Below are positions 31,642-43,300 of a stretch of 64,000 bases of DNA, in pieces; the stretch's first letter is position 1; the number at the start of each line of letters is the position of its first letter. Where the stretch lies: NCBI GenBank assembly GCA_963772725.1, contig CAVYYI010000003.1, positions 192,001 to 256,000 of the forward strand. The letters are read 5' to 3'. The notes below the pieces were generated by a model. The model saw nothing but the letters and a program-made list of their open reading frames with translations, ran no database searches and was not told the DNA's origin. Both the position numbers and the translations under genes were made by a program. The DNA is from an uncultured Phycisphaerales bacterium. GTDB lineage: Bacteria; Planctomycetota; Phycisphaerae; Sedimentisphaerales; Anaerobacaceae.

Positions 31642-32922
31642 ATGAAGCTGAAAGTAGAAAAATCGCGGTTAAAGGGGACGGTGGCCATTCCGGGTTCAAA
31701 GTCGCATACTATCCGGGCGGTGGCTATTGCGGCATTGGCTAAAGGGCGGAGCGTTATTCGCAGTCCGCTGGATTCGAACGACACGAGAAGCGCGGTAACG
31801 TGTTACCGGGCGATGGGGGCTAAGATAGATACTACGGATGCAAGGGCGTGGAAGGTTACGGGGACAGGGGGCGAAATCAAAATCCCGAAGGAAACCGTGG
31901 ACGTAGCCAACTCGGGGACAACGCTTAATATCGCGATAGGTTCTGCGGGACTGATAAAGCAGGGCCAGACGATAACGCTTACGGGCGATGCACAGACGCA
32001 GAGCAGGCCTGTGGGGCCTTTACTGGAGGCGTTGAATAAGCTGGGAGCAAAGTGTGTGAGTCTTAAAAACAACGGCAAGGCGCCAGTGGCGATAACGGGT
32101 CAAATCAAGGGGGGCAGGACTTCTATAGCGGCGTCAACGAGCCAGTATTTGTTGAGTCTTTTGTTGTGTGCGCCGCTCGCGGCTGGCGATACGGAGATAG
32201 ATGTAACGCTGCTGAATGAGCCGGGCTATGCGCAGATGACGCTGGACTGGCTGGATAGGCAAGAGATTAAGTATGAGAATCACGGGATGCGGAAGTTTAT
32301 TGTCAAAGGCGGGCAGAGTTACAGGGCTTTTGATGAGGCGATAGCGGCGGATTTTTCAAGTGCGACATTTTTTCTTTGCGCTGGTGCGCTGCTGGCGGAA
32401 GATGAATTGACGCTGCTTGGGCTGGATTTTTCGGATAGTCAACCTGATAAGGCGGTGGTTGATTATTTGAGGGCGATGGGGGCGGATATTAGGATTGAGA
32501 AAGGTGCAGTGAAGGTCAGGGCGAGCAGATTAAAGGGGGTGGAGATTGATATGAACGCGACGCCTGACGCTTTGCCGGCGATGGCGGTGACGGCGGCGTT
32601 TGCGGAGGGCCAGACGCGGCTGGTGAATGTGCCTCAGGCGCGGGCCAAGGAGACGGACCGGATAAGGTGTATGGCGGAAGAGTTGAAAAAAATAAATGTT
32701 GATGTTGAAGAATTGGCGGACGGGCTTATAATACGGCACAGTCAGCCGAGAGCGGCGGAACTTGACGGCAGAGGCGACCATCGGATTGTGATGGCGATGT
32801 CGCTGGCGGCGATGGGTATCGATGGAGTTTGCAGTATCGATACGGCTGAGGCGATGAGCGTAACGTTTCCGAATTACGTTGAGCTTATGGAAAGTGTCGG
32901 CGCTAAAATGAAACTCGAATAG
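31642..32922 (+). CDS. aroA: 3-phosphoshikimate 1-carboxyvinyltransferase
   Basis: PGSKSHTIRA, NSGTT, SQY, DFSSA, KETDRI, DHRIVM. Confidence 0.96.
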   Translation: MKLKVEKSRLKGTVAIPGSKSHTIRAVAIAALAKGRSVIRSPLDSNDTRSAVTCYRAMGAKIDTTDARAWKVTGTGGEIKIPKETVDVANSGTTLNIAIGSAGLIKQGQTITLTGDAQTQSRPVGPLLEALNKLGAKCVSLKNNGKAPVAITGQIKGGRTSIAASTSQYLLSLLLCAPLAAGDTEIDVTLLNEPGYAQMTLDWLDRQEIKYENHGMRKFIVKGGQSYRAFDEAIAADFSSATFFLCAGALLAEDELTLLGLDFSDSQPDKAVVDYLRAMGADIRIEKGAVKVRASRLKGVEIDMNATPDALPAMAVTAAFAEGQTRLVNVPQARAKETDRIRCMAEELKKINVDVEELADGLIIRHSQPRAAELDGRGDHRIVMAMSLAAMGIDGVCSIDTAEAMSVTFPNYVELMESVGAKMKLE

Positions 32923-32934
32923 CAGGAGAAGACA

Positions 32935-34263
32935 ATGATAGGTTGCCATATAGGAAGGTTTTTTCAGGTAACGATAGCGGGCGGCTCTTATCAGGACGGA
33001 TTGACGGCGGTGGTGCAGGGTAATCCGCCTGGGATGCTGCTGACAGAGCAGGAAATTTACGGCGATTTGCTGCTGCGCAAGCCCGGAGTGGATGAGCTGT
33101 CGAGTCCGCGGAAGGAGCCTGATTTGCCTGTGATTTATACGGGGCTTAATGCGGCGGATACGATAGAGAACGCGGGGAACAGGAACCATACGAATGGAAC
33201 GCCTCTGACGATTTTGATTCCGAATCTTGACCGGCATTTCGTTCATATCAAGCAGTACCAGGACACGAACCGGACGCCAAGACCGGGGCATGCTTCTTAT
33301 GCATCTTTTGTAAAGTACGGGCCAGACGATGACGCTGTGGGGGCGGGGTTTTTCAGCGGGCGATATACAGCGACGATAGTTGCGGCGGGTTACGTGGCCA
33401 AAAAGATTCTGAAGAAATGCGGGATTGAGGTATTTTCATACATCAAGGAACTGGCGGGGGTGAGATGCCCGGAAATCGACCATGGGAAAGCTTTTAAGAT
33501 TACCAATGATTATAAAAAGATGCGGCATGACCTCGACCCGTTTTACCAGGAAATTTATGTTAAAGGGCGAATAACGCCGGAAATGCGGTTTCTTGAAAAA
33601 GCGAAAATTTTAGCCGAGATTGAGCAGGAAATAGAGGCGATACGCGACAAGGCACCACGGATGAAGGCGGATGCAGTGCGGGAGAAATACGGAGTTCATC
33701 ATATTTTGAATTGTCCGGATATTGATGCTGCACAGGCGATGCTTGAGGCGTCGAACCGAATCGCCAGGACAGGGGATTCGTGCGGAGGTGTTGTTGAGGT
33801 TGTGGTAACAGGTGCGCCGACGGGATTGGGCGAGCCGATGTTTTATAAACTTGACGCTGAACTGGGCAGGATGCTTGGCATCGGCGCGGTTAAGGGTGTT
33901 GAAATTGGTGCGGGATTCGCGGTCAAAGATATGACAGGGGTGCAATCCAATGACCAGATGCGTTCGAAAGACGGCAAGGTTATTTTCGAGTCGAATAATG
34001 CGGGGGGAATTACGGGTGGGCTTTCAACGGGTCAACCGATAATTGTGAAACTTGCGGTAAAGCCGACGCCGACGATAGATAAGCCGCAAAAAACGGTTGA
34101 TAAATACACGCTTGAGAATAAGGATTTGGCGGCTATAACAAGGCGGGACGCGACAATTGTTGGGCGAATATGGCCTGTGGCTGAAAACTATACGGCAATG
34201 GTTATTCTTGACCATCTCTTTGCGTATTACGGCTATGAAGCCTTAAAAAGCAAGGTGAAATAA
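32935..34263 (+). CDS. aroC: chorismate synthase with an internal insertion
   Basis: PRPGHA, SGRYT, GDSCGGVVE, GLGEP, VKGVEIGAGF, SNNAGGITGGLSTG, VKPTPTI. Confidence 0.9.
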   Translation: MIGCHIGRFFQVTIAGGSYQDGLTAVVQGNPPGMLLTEQEIYGDLLLRKPGVDELSSPRKEPDLPVIYTGLNAADTIENAGNRNHTNGTPLTILIPNLDRHFVHIKQYQDTNRTPRPGHASYASFVKYGPDDDAVGAGFFSGRYTATIVAAGYVAKKILKKCGIEVFSYIKELAGVRCPEIDHGKAFKITNDYKKMRHDLDPFYQEIYVKGRITPEMRFLEKAKILAEIEQEIEAIRDKAPRMKADAVREKYGVHHILNCPDIDAAQAMLEASNRIARTGDSCGGVVEVVVTGAPTGLGEPMFYKLDAELGRMLGIGAVKGVEIGAGFAVKDMTGVQSNDQMRSKDGKVIFESNNAGGITGGLSTGQPIIVKLAVKPTPTIDKPQKTVDKYTLENKDLAAITRRDATIVGRIWPVAENYTAMVILDHLFAYYGYEALKSKVK

Positions 34264-34290
34264 AAAAAGCCCCGGGTTTAAGCCGGGGCC
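34262..34290 (-). terminator. intrinsic terminator downstream of the giant gene (possibly bidirectional)
   Basis: A-run followed by GCCCCGG-gtttaag-CCGGGGC hairpin on the + strand. Confidence 0.75.
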
Positions 34291-34351
34291 AAACGCTTAA
34301 TCATCGTTTCGACCACAGAAAGGGGTATCGCGGTCTTAACGGCGATTATTC

Positions 34352-37300
34352 TCAAGGAATAGGATACGACCAGTCGGAGAAAGCTGTCCAGGTTACCTGG
34401 TCATTACTGCCGGCGACACGCGCTCTTACACGGAATTTGTAATTGAACATATTTATCCCCGTAGTAATCGCATACACCGGGCTTGCCTGCCAATTACTGT
34501 TAAACGGTGTACTGCTGCCGCTGAGAGTTCGGCATTCGAAGAAGTACTCAACACCAGCGGCACCGGCAGGCGGAGTCGCGGTACTAGCAGTCATAGTGTA
34601 TCCGTTAAGCCCATTAACAACTGTTCTTGTCGGGGTCACTTCCCAGGTCATCGGGTTGGGCGTCGGGGCCTGCGAAACCGGCGGAACTACACCCGAAGTC
34701 GTAACAGTAACCGTTATTGACGGAACAGTTTCGTTGTGCTGAGCGGATTTATCTCTGGCTTTTACCCTGAAAGTATATATGGTATTGGCCAGGAAATTTG
34801 TTCCGGTCCAGTTCGGATCATCCTGCCAGATTCTGGAGAACGCCGGGTCAGATGTACATTCGAAGTAGTATTCAACACCGCTTGGGTCTGTAGCAGTAGC
34901 AGCTTTCATTTTAATAGTATTCGCGTTGATAACGAGCGGTTCGCCGCCAAGAGCCCATGCCATTGGATCAGGTGCCGGCGCAAAATCATCACGGGCGATA
35001 GCATAACCGACGACCGATAAGCCTGTTTCATTATGTGCGGCATCCCTGGCTTTTACCCTGTAACCATACTGCTGACCGGTAGTCAGGCCGGTGTCGATGT
35101 AATTGGGGTCAGTGCTCCAGCCACGAGAGTGGCCGCTGCCAAAGGTGCATTCGAAGTAGTATTCAACCGTTCGAGCCGGACAAATCATTGGCATCAACAG
35201 CTTTCATTATTATCGAAGTATCGGTATAGCCAGTGGGTGAAACAGTCCAATCCATCGGATTTGGAATCGGTGGGACCAAATCGCCATTGGGCTGCGCGCT
35301 TCTAATTTCAGACCACTGGGTTCTGTTGTCGCTGGCATCACGAGCCTGTACTCTGTAGAAATACGCGATTGAGGGGGTGAGGCCCGTGTCAATGTAAGTT
35401 CTGTTGGTGCTCCAGTCTCTGTTATGGTTGCTGTCAGTTAAGTTTTCAAAGTAATATTCAACAACAGAGCCGGAACTGTCAAAGGCCTGCGTGGCGACCA
35501 TAGTAATTCCTGAGCCGCCGTTGCCCGCAGGCGGAACTTCCCATGTCATCGGGTTGGGAACCGGCGGAGTCTGGTCAACTCCCGGGGCAGCGGACATAAC
35601 AGGCGACCAGTCAGTTTCATTGCTGAAATTGGGATCAGCTTTAACGTCACGGGCTTTAACTCTGTAACTGTATGTGGTGCCAATAGTTAGATTCAAATCT
35701 GTCCAGGTAGTGCTTGCCTGCCAGCCGCTATTTACAACCGGTCCGCCGGAATATCGCTCGAAGAAATATTCCACCGCGCCGCCGTAGTTGTCTGTGGCTG
35801 TTACAGCGGTCATAGTAATGGAAGTCGGGCCGCTGGAAGAAGGCGGATAGTACCATTGCATCGGGTTTGGACTCGGCGGGGTAGTATCTTCACCTGTTAC
35901 GGCATAGACTGGAAACGACCAAGCGGTATTATGGTCCGTAATATCGCGAGCTTTTACTTTATAACCATATTCAACATTCGGCGCAAGACCGGTATCCGTA
36001 TATGTTCTATCGGTACTCCAGTCGCGGTCGTGTCCGCCTCCTGAGACGCACTTGAAGTAGTATTGCACAGGCTGGCCAGAATTATCAAAGGCCTGTGTCG
36101 CGGTCATACTGACGGTTGTCTGGCTATTGGACGCTGGGAGTATTTCCCAGGTCATCGGGTCCGGTGAAGGAGGTGTTACATCGCCTGCGCCCCAGTATGT
36201 TGAAAGGATAGCCAAATCGGCAAAATTGACGAAACCGTCAAGGTTGAGGTCTGCTCCATCGCACCAGCCTGGGAATGTACATTCCTGTAGCCAGTAAAGC
36301 ATAAGCTGTATGGCATCATTATTATCAACGACGCTATCGAAATCGAGGTCGCCTTGTTCAAACCTGCCGTTCTTGTAATAGTGGAAACCTATATCAAGCG
36401 CATTAACGTCGTTTTTGCTGTCAGTTCTTGTGCTATAACGATACCGTCCGAGAGGCAGGTCGTTAGCATCGCCTGTACCTCTGTCGATGCACGGACTGTT
36501 GAAAACCTGGTTAGCGTCATTAGTATCGTTATGGCTAAGATAATACTGATAATTCTCACCAAGGCCATCAATTCCGACAAAAATCGGATCGTTGAGACTG
36601 GTGCCGTGCATATTGGTTGACTCGTCAGGGTTATTTGGGTCGGGCTGCCAGATAAGAGTGCCGCCTTTCCATCCGCCGAGCGGAGGTCTGATAAAGGCAA
36701 ACTGCTGTCCGCCCCAGATGTCGCAGTAAGAGACAAACATCACGGATTCATCTTTAACGTTATACAGTCCGTTGGGGTCATAAGCGCCGACTGCGATTCC
36801 TCTGCCTTTGAGCTTGCTTGCGGTATTGCCCCAGACAATGCTGTTAATCAGGTTGGCATGACTGTTATAGGTGACGGAAATGCCTCCGCCGTAACCGTCT
36901 ATATCCGGAGAAGTATCGGTATGCGGAATTCCTATAACCTTATTCGCGGTAACGGTAGCGTTCTGAATATAGACTTTAGTATTATAAGAGGCTGAACAGC
37001 GCCGCCGTCAATCGCGGCGGAGTTTCCATATAACAGACAGTTGTTAATCACAACCGAGTTGTAGTCGGCATCCATCGACGAGAGGTTCCCAAAAGCATAC
37101 ACACCGCCGCCTGAACCTGTGGAGGTATTGTATTTGAACATGCTATCGCCTATATTGGCGGGCGAGGTTGAGCAGAAGATACCGCCGCCCAGGCCGCGTA
37201 TATCAAATTGTGGTGGGCCAATTGTAATTGTATCAGGCTCTTTAGACCCAACAGAAACAGTCTGTATTCTGGCTGCATTCGGCTCATAGACATAACCGGC

Positions 37301-40300
37301 ATTATTCCTGTTAATCTTACTGCCGATAATCACAGGCACGCTGTTGCTGGACAATACTGCGCCTCCTTCGTATGAGATGTTGCCGGTGAAGTTGCAGTCC
37401 ATAACGGTTGTTGCGACATCGGACCAGTAGGCCGCGCCGCCTTCGGCGGCTTTGTTATTTGTGAAGGTGCAGTTTATAAGCTTCATATTGCCTTTTTTTG
37501 TATCCGGCGTCAAAGTGCCTGAAGCAAAGAGCGCCGCCATAGGTAATATGAGCGTCATACTGATTCGTCGGAACGTTGCTGTCTATCCAGTTGCCTGAAA
37601 AGGCACAGTTTGTAAACGCCGGCGAAGAGCCTGGCTCGCAATAAACCGCGCCGCCAAAGCTCTGTATTCTCGCGTGCCTGTCAGGCCAGGGGAAAGGTGA
37701 CGGCGGGAATCCATGTTGTCCACCAACACCACAGAAACCGCTTACTGTTTTATTATTCGAGAAGATGCAATCTGTGAAAGTTGGATTACTGTTTGTATCA
37801 ATATAGACGGCTCCGCCCATAGCGGTAAAGAGCCAGTAATCATCATAAGTTCCTTCGTAACTTACCGGAATCCATTGGTCGTTTTCGAAATCATAAATCG
37901 CGTTAAATCTCGCATATCCGTATTTATTCGCAGGGAAGAGCCATTCAAGGCCTCTATCCTTCCACCAGTTTTCATCGTGTTCCTTGAACTCCCACTGCCC
38001 GCCTCTGCCGCCATAGCCGGAACTAGGTCTGAGGGCGTCGCCGCCCTTGCCGCCGTCGCCGCTGTAAGCCGCACAGTTGAGGAACTTTACATTTTTAAAA
38101 GTCGGGTTGCTGTTCAGCATAAATATAGCACCGCCGTAGGCGCTTCCGGCCCAACCGCCATTGCCGCCGTTGATATGTCCCTGGCCGCCATCGGCGCCTT
38201 TTCCTCCGCTTCCAGATTGAATAGATACGTTATCTATGACAATATTTTTTAATGTTGGCGAAGCATTGTAAATATTTATTGCACCGGCTTTAATCGAACC
38301 GCCATTCTCGCCGGGCAGTCCCGTTCCATCTTTGGGACTTACACCATCACCAGCACCCCAGCCAAAATCGTGCATTGTAAAACCACTCAAAACAGTTTCA
38401 GGCCCGACGCTGCGAATATCAATCGAAATTCCCTGCAATCTGGTTAACTCCGGGCTGTCCGGATTAGCGGTAGTAATTGTAAGGTTCTTACCCCAGATAG
38501 ATATACCTCCGAGATGTGGTCCAACAAATTGATGCTCGTAACCGGGATGCTGATAATCACCGGGAGCAAGAACAATCTGGTCTCCTTCGCCGGCAGCATC
38601 GATAGCCTTTTGGATTGTATCGTAATCAGTCGGTACTCGAATTGTTCTTACTAATTCAAATTCGACAGAAACGACCTTATTTGCGCTCATAACGACAAAG
38701 TTGTTTAATTCCTTCGAGGAATCGTCTTCGGTGCCGCCCCACGCCTTAATGCGTGAGCCTGCGCCGGGTTTGGCGGTGAGCAATCATAGTACCTGCATAA
38801 TAGCCGCTTGCGTTCGGGGTAGCAGGAGAAACATCGACAGTGCCTACTCCGCCTGTAACATTAACGGTCAATTGATACTGAATCGGTGCGGCGGAATAAT
38901 GATAACCGGCATTTACAACCCCGGAATCGAGAGTGTTATCCGGCTGCGAGGTTCTGGTATCCAGCCCCCACAGATGAGCCGAACCGAGTCCGCCGTCAAT
39001 GCAAATGTATGGCGGGGGTTTGGTGAGATAATAATTACCAAGAGACCCTGTCGCAAATTGCTGAGAGAAAGTGTCAAACTGAGCGTTATTCCAGTTGGCA
39101 AAAGGTACATTATAGAGGTAGAAACCGCTGCCGTAAACTTTGGCCGGCAAATTCCAGAAATAGCAGTATGTAACATATACTTTGCCCAGCCCGGTTTCCT
39201 TATATATCGCGTAGTTAAGCGAGTTTGCGAATATGGAATTAAAAATCTTTGCCCTGGAATTTCCTGAGGAGTAGATTGCGCCGCCCTTAACAGCGGCCTG
39301 GTTGTCGGCAAAGGTGCAATTTACAATATTCGGGTCTGCATAAGAAGATAAAGATACCGCGCCGCCGGTATTGGATGCGGTGTTCTTCGTAAAAAGGCAG
39401 TTGAAGATATACGGAGAATCACTATAGTAATTCAATGAGCCATAGATATTCAATGCGCCTCCGACTCCGTTTTCACCTGTCACTGTATTGGCATTAAATG
39501 TACAGTTATGCAGCTTCATTGGTGTATTTGTCGCCCAGATGCCGCCCGCGGCCTGGCCTGAGGCGGTGTTGCCGTTAATGACGCATTCATTCATATCGGA
39601 TGTCTCAGTGCTATCGACAAGATAAAGTCCGCCGGCACTTGCGCCTGATTGCTGATAAAGTAGCAGTTCGTAACAACGGCATCAAAGTTTCTCCAGAAGA
39701 CACCGCCGCCGTTAATGTTAGCGGTATTCTTGGAAATGGTGCAATCTGTAAGCGTCAAAGCTGCCGTTGTATTCGGGTCGTAAGAATAGAAACCGCCGCC
39801 GTCACCATAAATGGCTTTATTTCCGCTGATGGCGGTATTTTTAATCGTGACCGGTTTAGCCTTATGATAAATACCGCCGCCGTTGAGATAGGCGCTGTTT
39901 CCGCTTATATTGCAATTTGTAATTTTAGCGGCTCCGCCTGCTTTAAAGTAAATAGCGCCGCCGTCATTATATCCTTCCCGATTCGGCAGTCCTCCGCCCC
40001 CAGTTTCATAGTAAATTAAAGCGGAGTTATTGTTGTTTCCGATGAAGTGAGAGTCAGTGACGTTTATATTGACATCATCGGCACAATACAAGGCGCCGCC
40101 GTTACCGGGGCCACTTACGACATTAACTAATCCTGCGGTCAATTCCTCATACGTATCGCCTATAAAGTTGCCGTTAAATTCACAATTCTTAATCGTAACC
40201 AAAGAATTGACATCGCAGTATAACGCGCCGCCGGCCGAAAAAGTATTTTTCTGCCAATCCCATCCCCTTGACCTGTTTTGCAGAATGAGGCAATTTACAA

Positions 40301-43300
40301 AATTAGGCTCAGAATTCTTTCCTGAGAACACGGCACCAGCATAACCAACACCCAGATTGTACCCGTCGAAGCCCGTGAAAACCACCTGTTTATTACTTTC
40401 AATCAGACTGCCTGAACCCACATTACCTCCCAGACCGCCGACACCGCCGGATGCTGTACCCTGTTCCATATTGCAGTCCAGGATAGTGGTTTTGACACCA
40501 TCAGCGATATAGATAGCGGCCCCATAGCCAAAACCTTCACCGTTGCCGCCGTCGCCGCCACTGCCCGCAAGGACACTTGAACCGGAGGAATTGCCGCCGT
40601 TGCCGCCATCGCCGCCGAGTCCGCCGTGAGCAAAGTTGCCGCTAAACACACAATACCTGATTACGGGATTACTATTAGGGTTAACGTAAATAGCACCACC
40701 ATATCCATTACCGGTTCCGGTTCCGCCCGGTCCGCCGGCCTGACCTTCTTTTTTACTGTTATATTGGTCTGCACCGTTTGCGCCATCGCCGCCGACAGCT
40801 CCTGCTACGGCGCAGTTAATAAATTTGCAGTATTCGATTGTTGGGCTGCTGTCATTAATGTAAATAGCACCACCGTAACCGTCTCCGAAGACATCTTCGC
40901 CGCCGAAGGCAGAGACAATATTCGGATCGCACGGGTCACCAGGCTGCGGCACAACGCCATTTAGGCCGCGAGGTCCTGTCATAAAACCATTTTGAATTGT
41001 AAATCCGCTGACTACGGTATCCATGCCTTCACCGCTGTGGAACTGGAAGGCACGTCTCGGACTTGCCTTACTCCCCTGACAGTCTATAACAACACTCGGG
41101 TATCTCCGGTCGGAGATTAAAGTAACATGTTTGCCTTTAAAATCGAAACCATCTCTATCGCTGACCACATAAGGTGTCCCATCAGATTTCGGGCTTACAA
41201 CAATAGTGTCTTTGTTTTTTGCAGCCGTTATTGCCGCTTCAATATCAGGATACTGCGCAGGCACAAAAATCATTCTTGCTTTATGGAAATCTACAGTAAC
41301 AGTTCTGTTTCTATTCATTGTTGCAGTATTGTTATTAACATCCATAATCGTATCATTGTCGGTCCCGCTCCAGGCGGTTACGAAGTAACCGGGGTTAGGC
41401 TGTGCGACAAGTTTGACTGTTGTACCCTGATTAACAAGTCTTGTGGCCGGCGCAGTGATGCTAAATGCGTCCGAGCCTCCGGCCTGCGCAATTAAGCTTC
41501 CACCACTGGCGTCACCGATAACACTGATTTTCAGAGTATATTTAGGTATTGCTGCCGCGGCTTTATAATGATAACCCATATCGACAATATTTGTATCCGC
41601 AACAAAGTCGGTTCGTGTGGTATAATTGGTAAAGTCAAAAGCAGAAGCCGGGTCACCCCCATTAACACAGTTGCTGTCAATTAACTGTCCTGCAGCAATC
41701 TGGCTGAGATAATATGCCGGTTCGTTAACATCAGGGGACACAAACAGCGGATTTTCGGCGATATTGCCGTTATTCCACCATATCTCGGTGTTCGGTTCAT
41801 CTTCAAGGTAAACACCCTCTTCGCCGCCTTGTACGTCGCTGTACATTACGTCAACGTCTGCATACGGCCCGCCGTCATAAGGGTCTGAACCCAAAGGCGT
41901 ACCAACGGCAATTTGGCTGCCGCTGACATACGCTGAACCTGCGACGGTATTATTCCAAAGGATACTGCTCTCTATGGCGACATAAGCCCATCGCTCTGCG
42001 CTGCTTACACCGCCGCCGCTGCCGAAGGCACCTGTAACGGTATTGTTCACGATTGTACAATTGGAAAGCGTAACTGTTGCGCCGATATTAGACGAAATGC
42101 CGCCGCCGTCGATATATGCGGTATTATCGGTAATAAGACAATTGACAACTTTCTGCGGAGAGTTATGACCATCGAAGAAGAGCGCTCCGCCCGAACCGGA
42201 GGCGTTGTTGCCCGTTATTAGGGAATTCCTCATCGTAATTGCTGTGTTATACCAGGAGCATGCGCCGCCGGAACAGGCCTCTTCCAGTGAAGTATTATTC
42301 TTAAATAAACAATTATTGACGTCTGCCTGGCAGTTGAATCCGTATATTCCGTTTCCATGCTTGCCGACGTTATTATTAACGAATGAAGTATCCATAGTTA
42401 AAACGACTTCCTCAGCGTACATACCGCCGCCCTGCCCGTAGGCTGTATTTACACTAATATTACAATCAGTAATATTGACGGTGGTGCTAAGCGGATTTAA
42501 GATGTCACCGGCGAATATACCGCCGCCGTTGCCTGGATATGCGCCATTGTCTGCCGAAAGTGCGGTATTGCCTGTAATATCGCAACGGGTTAAAGTAATG
42601 ATTCCATCGTGAGCGGCATAAAAACCGCCGCCATCGCCTATGGTTAGATTACCTGAAATAGTTGTATCTGCGGAAATAACATTTGCGGACTCGTCGCAAT
42701 AGATTCCGCCTCCGAAACCGCCTGAGATAAAGTACATAGACTGATTGGGCATGGCAGCAAATACCGTATTATTTGTGAAGGTACTATTTGCTATTGTTGC
42801 AAAACTCAAGGAAATGCCGCCGCCATATCCGGGATATCCGCCACCATTAGACCCGTCAGGCCCATCACCCGGGAAAGTTGTATTGTCATTGCCGCCATTA
42901 CCGCCTTGCCCCGGAGCATACTTAGCCCAGGCCAGGTTATCTGAGATGGAACAATTATTAATATCAATATTACTCGCCGGGCCACAATAAATTGCGCCGC
43001 CCCATACCGCCCCGCTGTCACCACCCCGGCCACCGGCACCCGCCTGGATAGTAGCCGTGGCATTTGTACCGTTGGCGCCGTTACCACCGGCGCCGGATAT
43101 TGCGCAGCAGTCGATTATGGTAGTACTTTCTATAAGCGGGCTGCCGCCACCGTCAACGCAGATGGCGCCGCCAAATGCCCCGCCGCCCTGGCCGCCCCAG
43201 CCGCCGTCAGGCATCGGGTCTGTTCCCGTGTTTGAGCCGTTCACACCATCACCACCGTCGCCGCCTCTTGCGATACAATCGGTAATAACACATCGGCGAA

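Noticed and set aside
32530..33291. 253-aa minus-strand ORF and similar long antisense ORFs over glyQS, asnS and clpC
   Set aside because: Shadow frames of well-supported genes on the opposite strand
34352..36190. Diversity-generating retroelement or nucleotide-level repeat array in the giant gene
   Set aside because: Repeats are diverged protein-level domains; no reverse transcriptase or adenine-specific TR/VR pair seen
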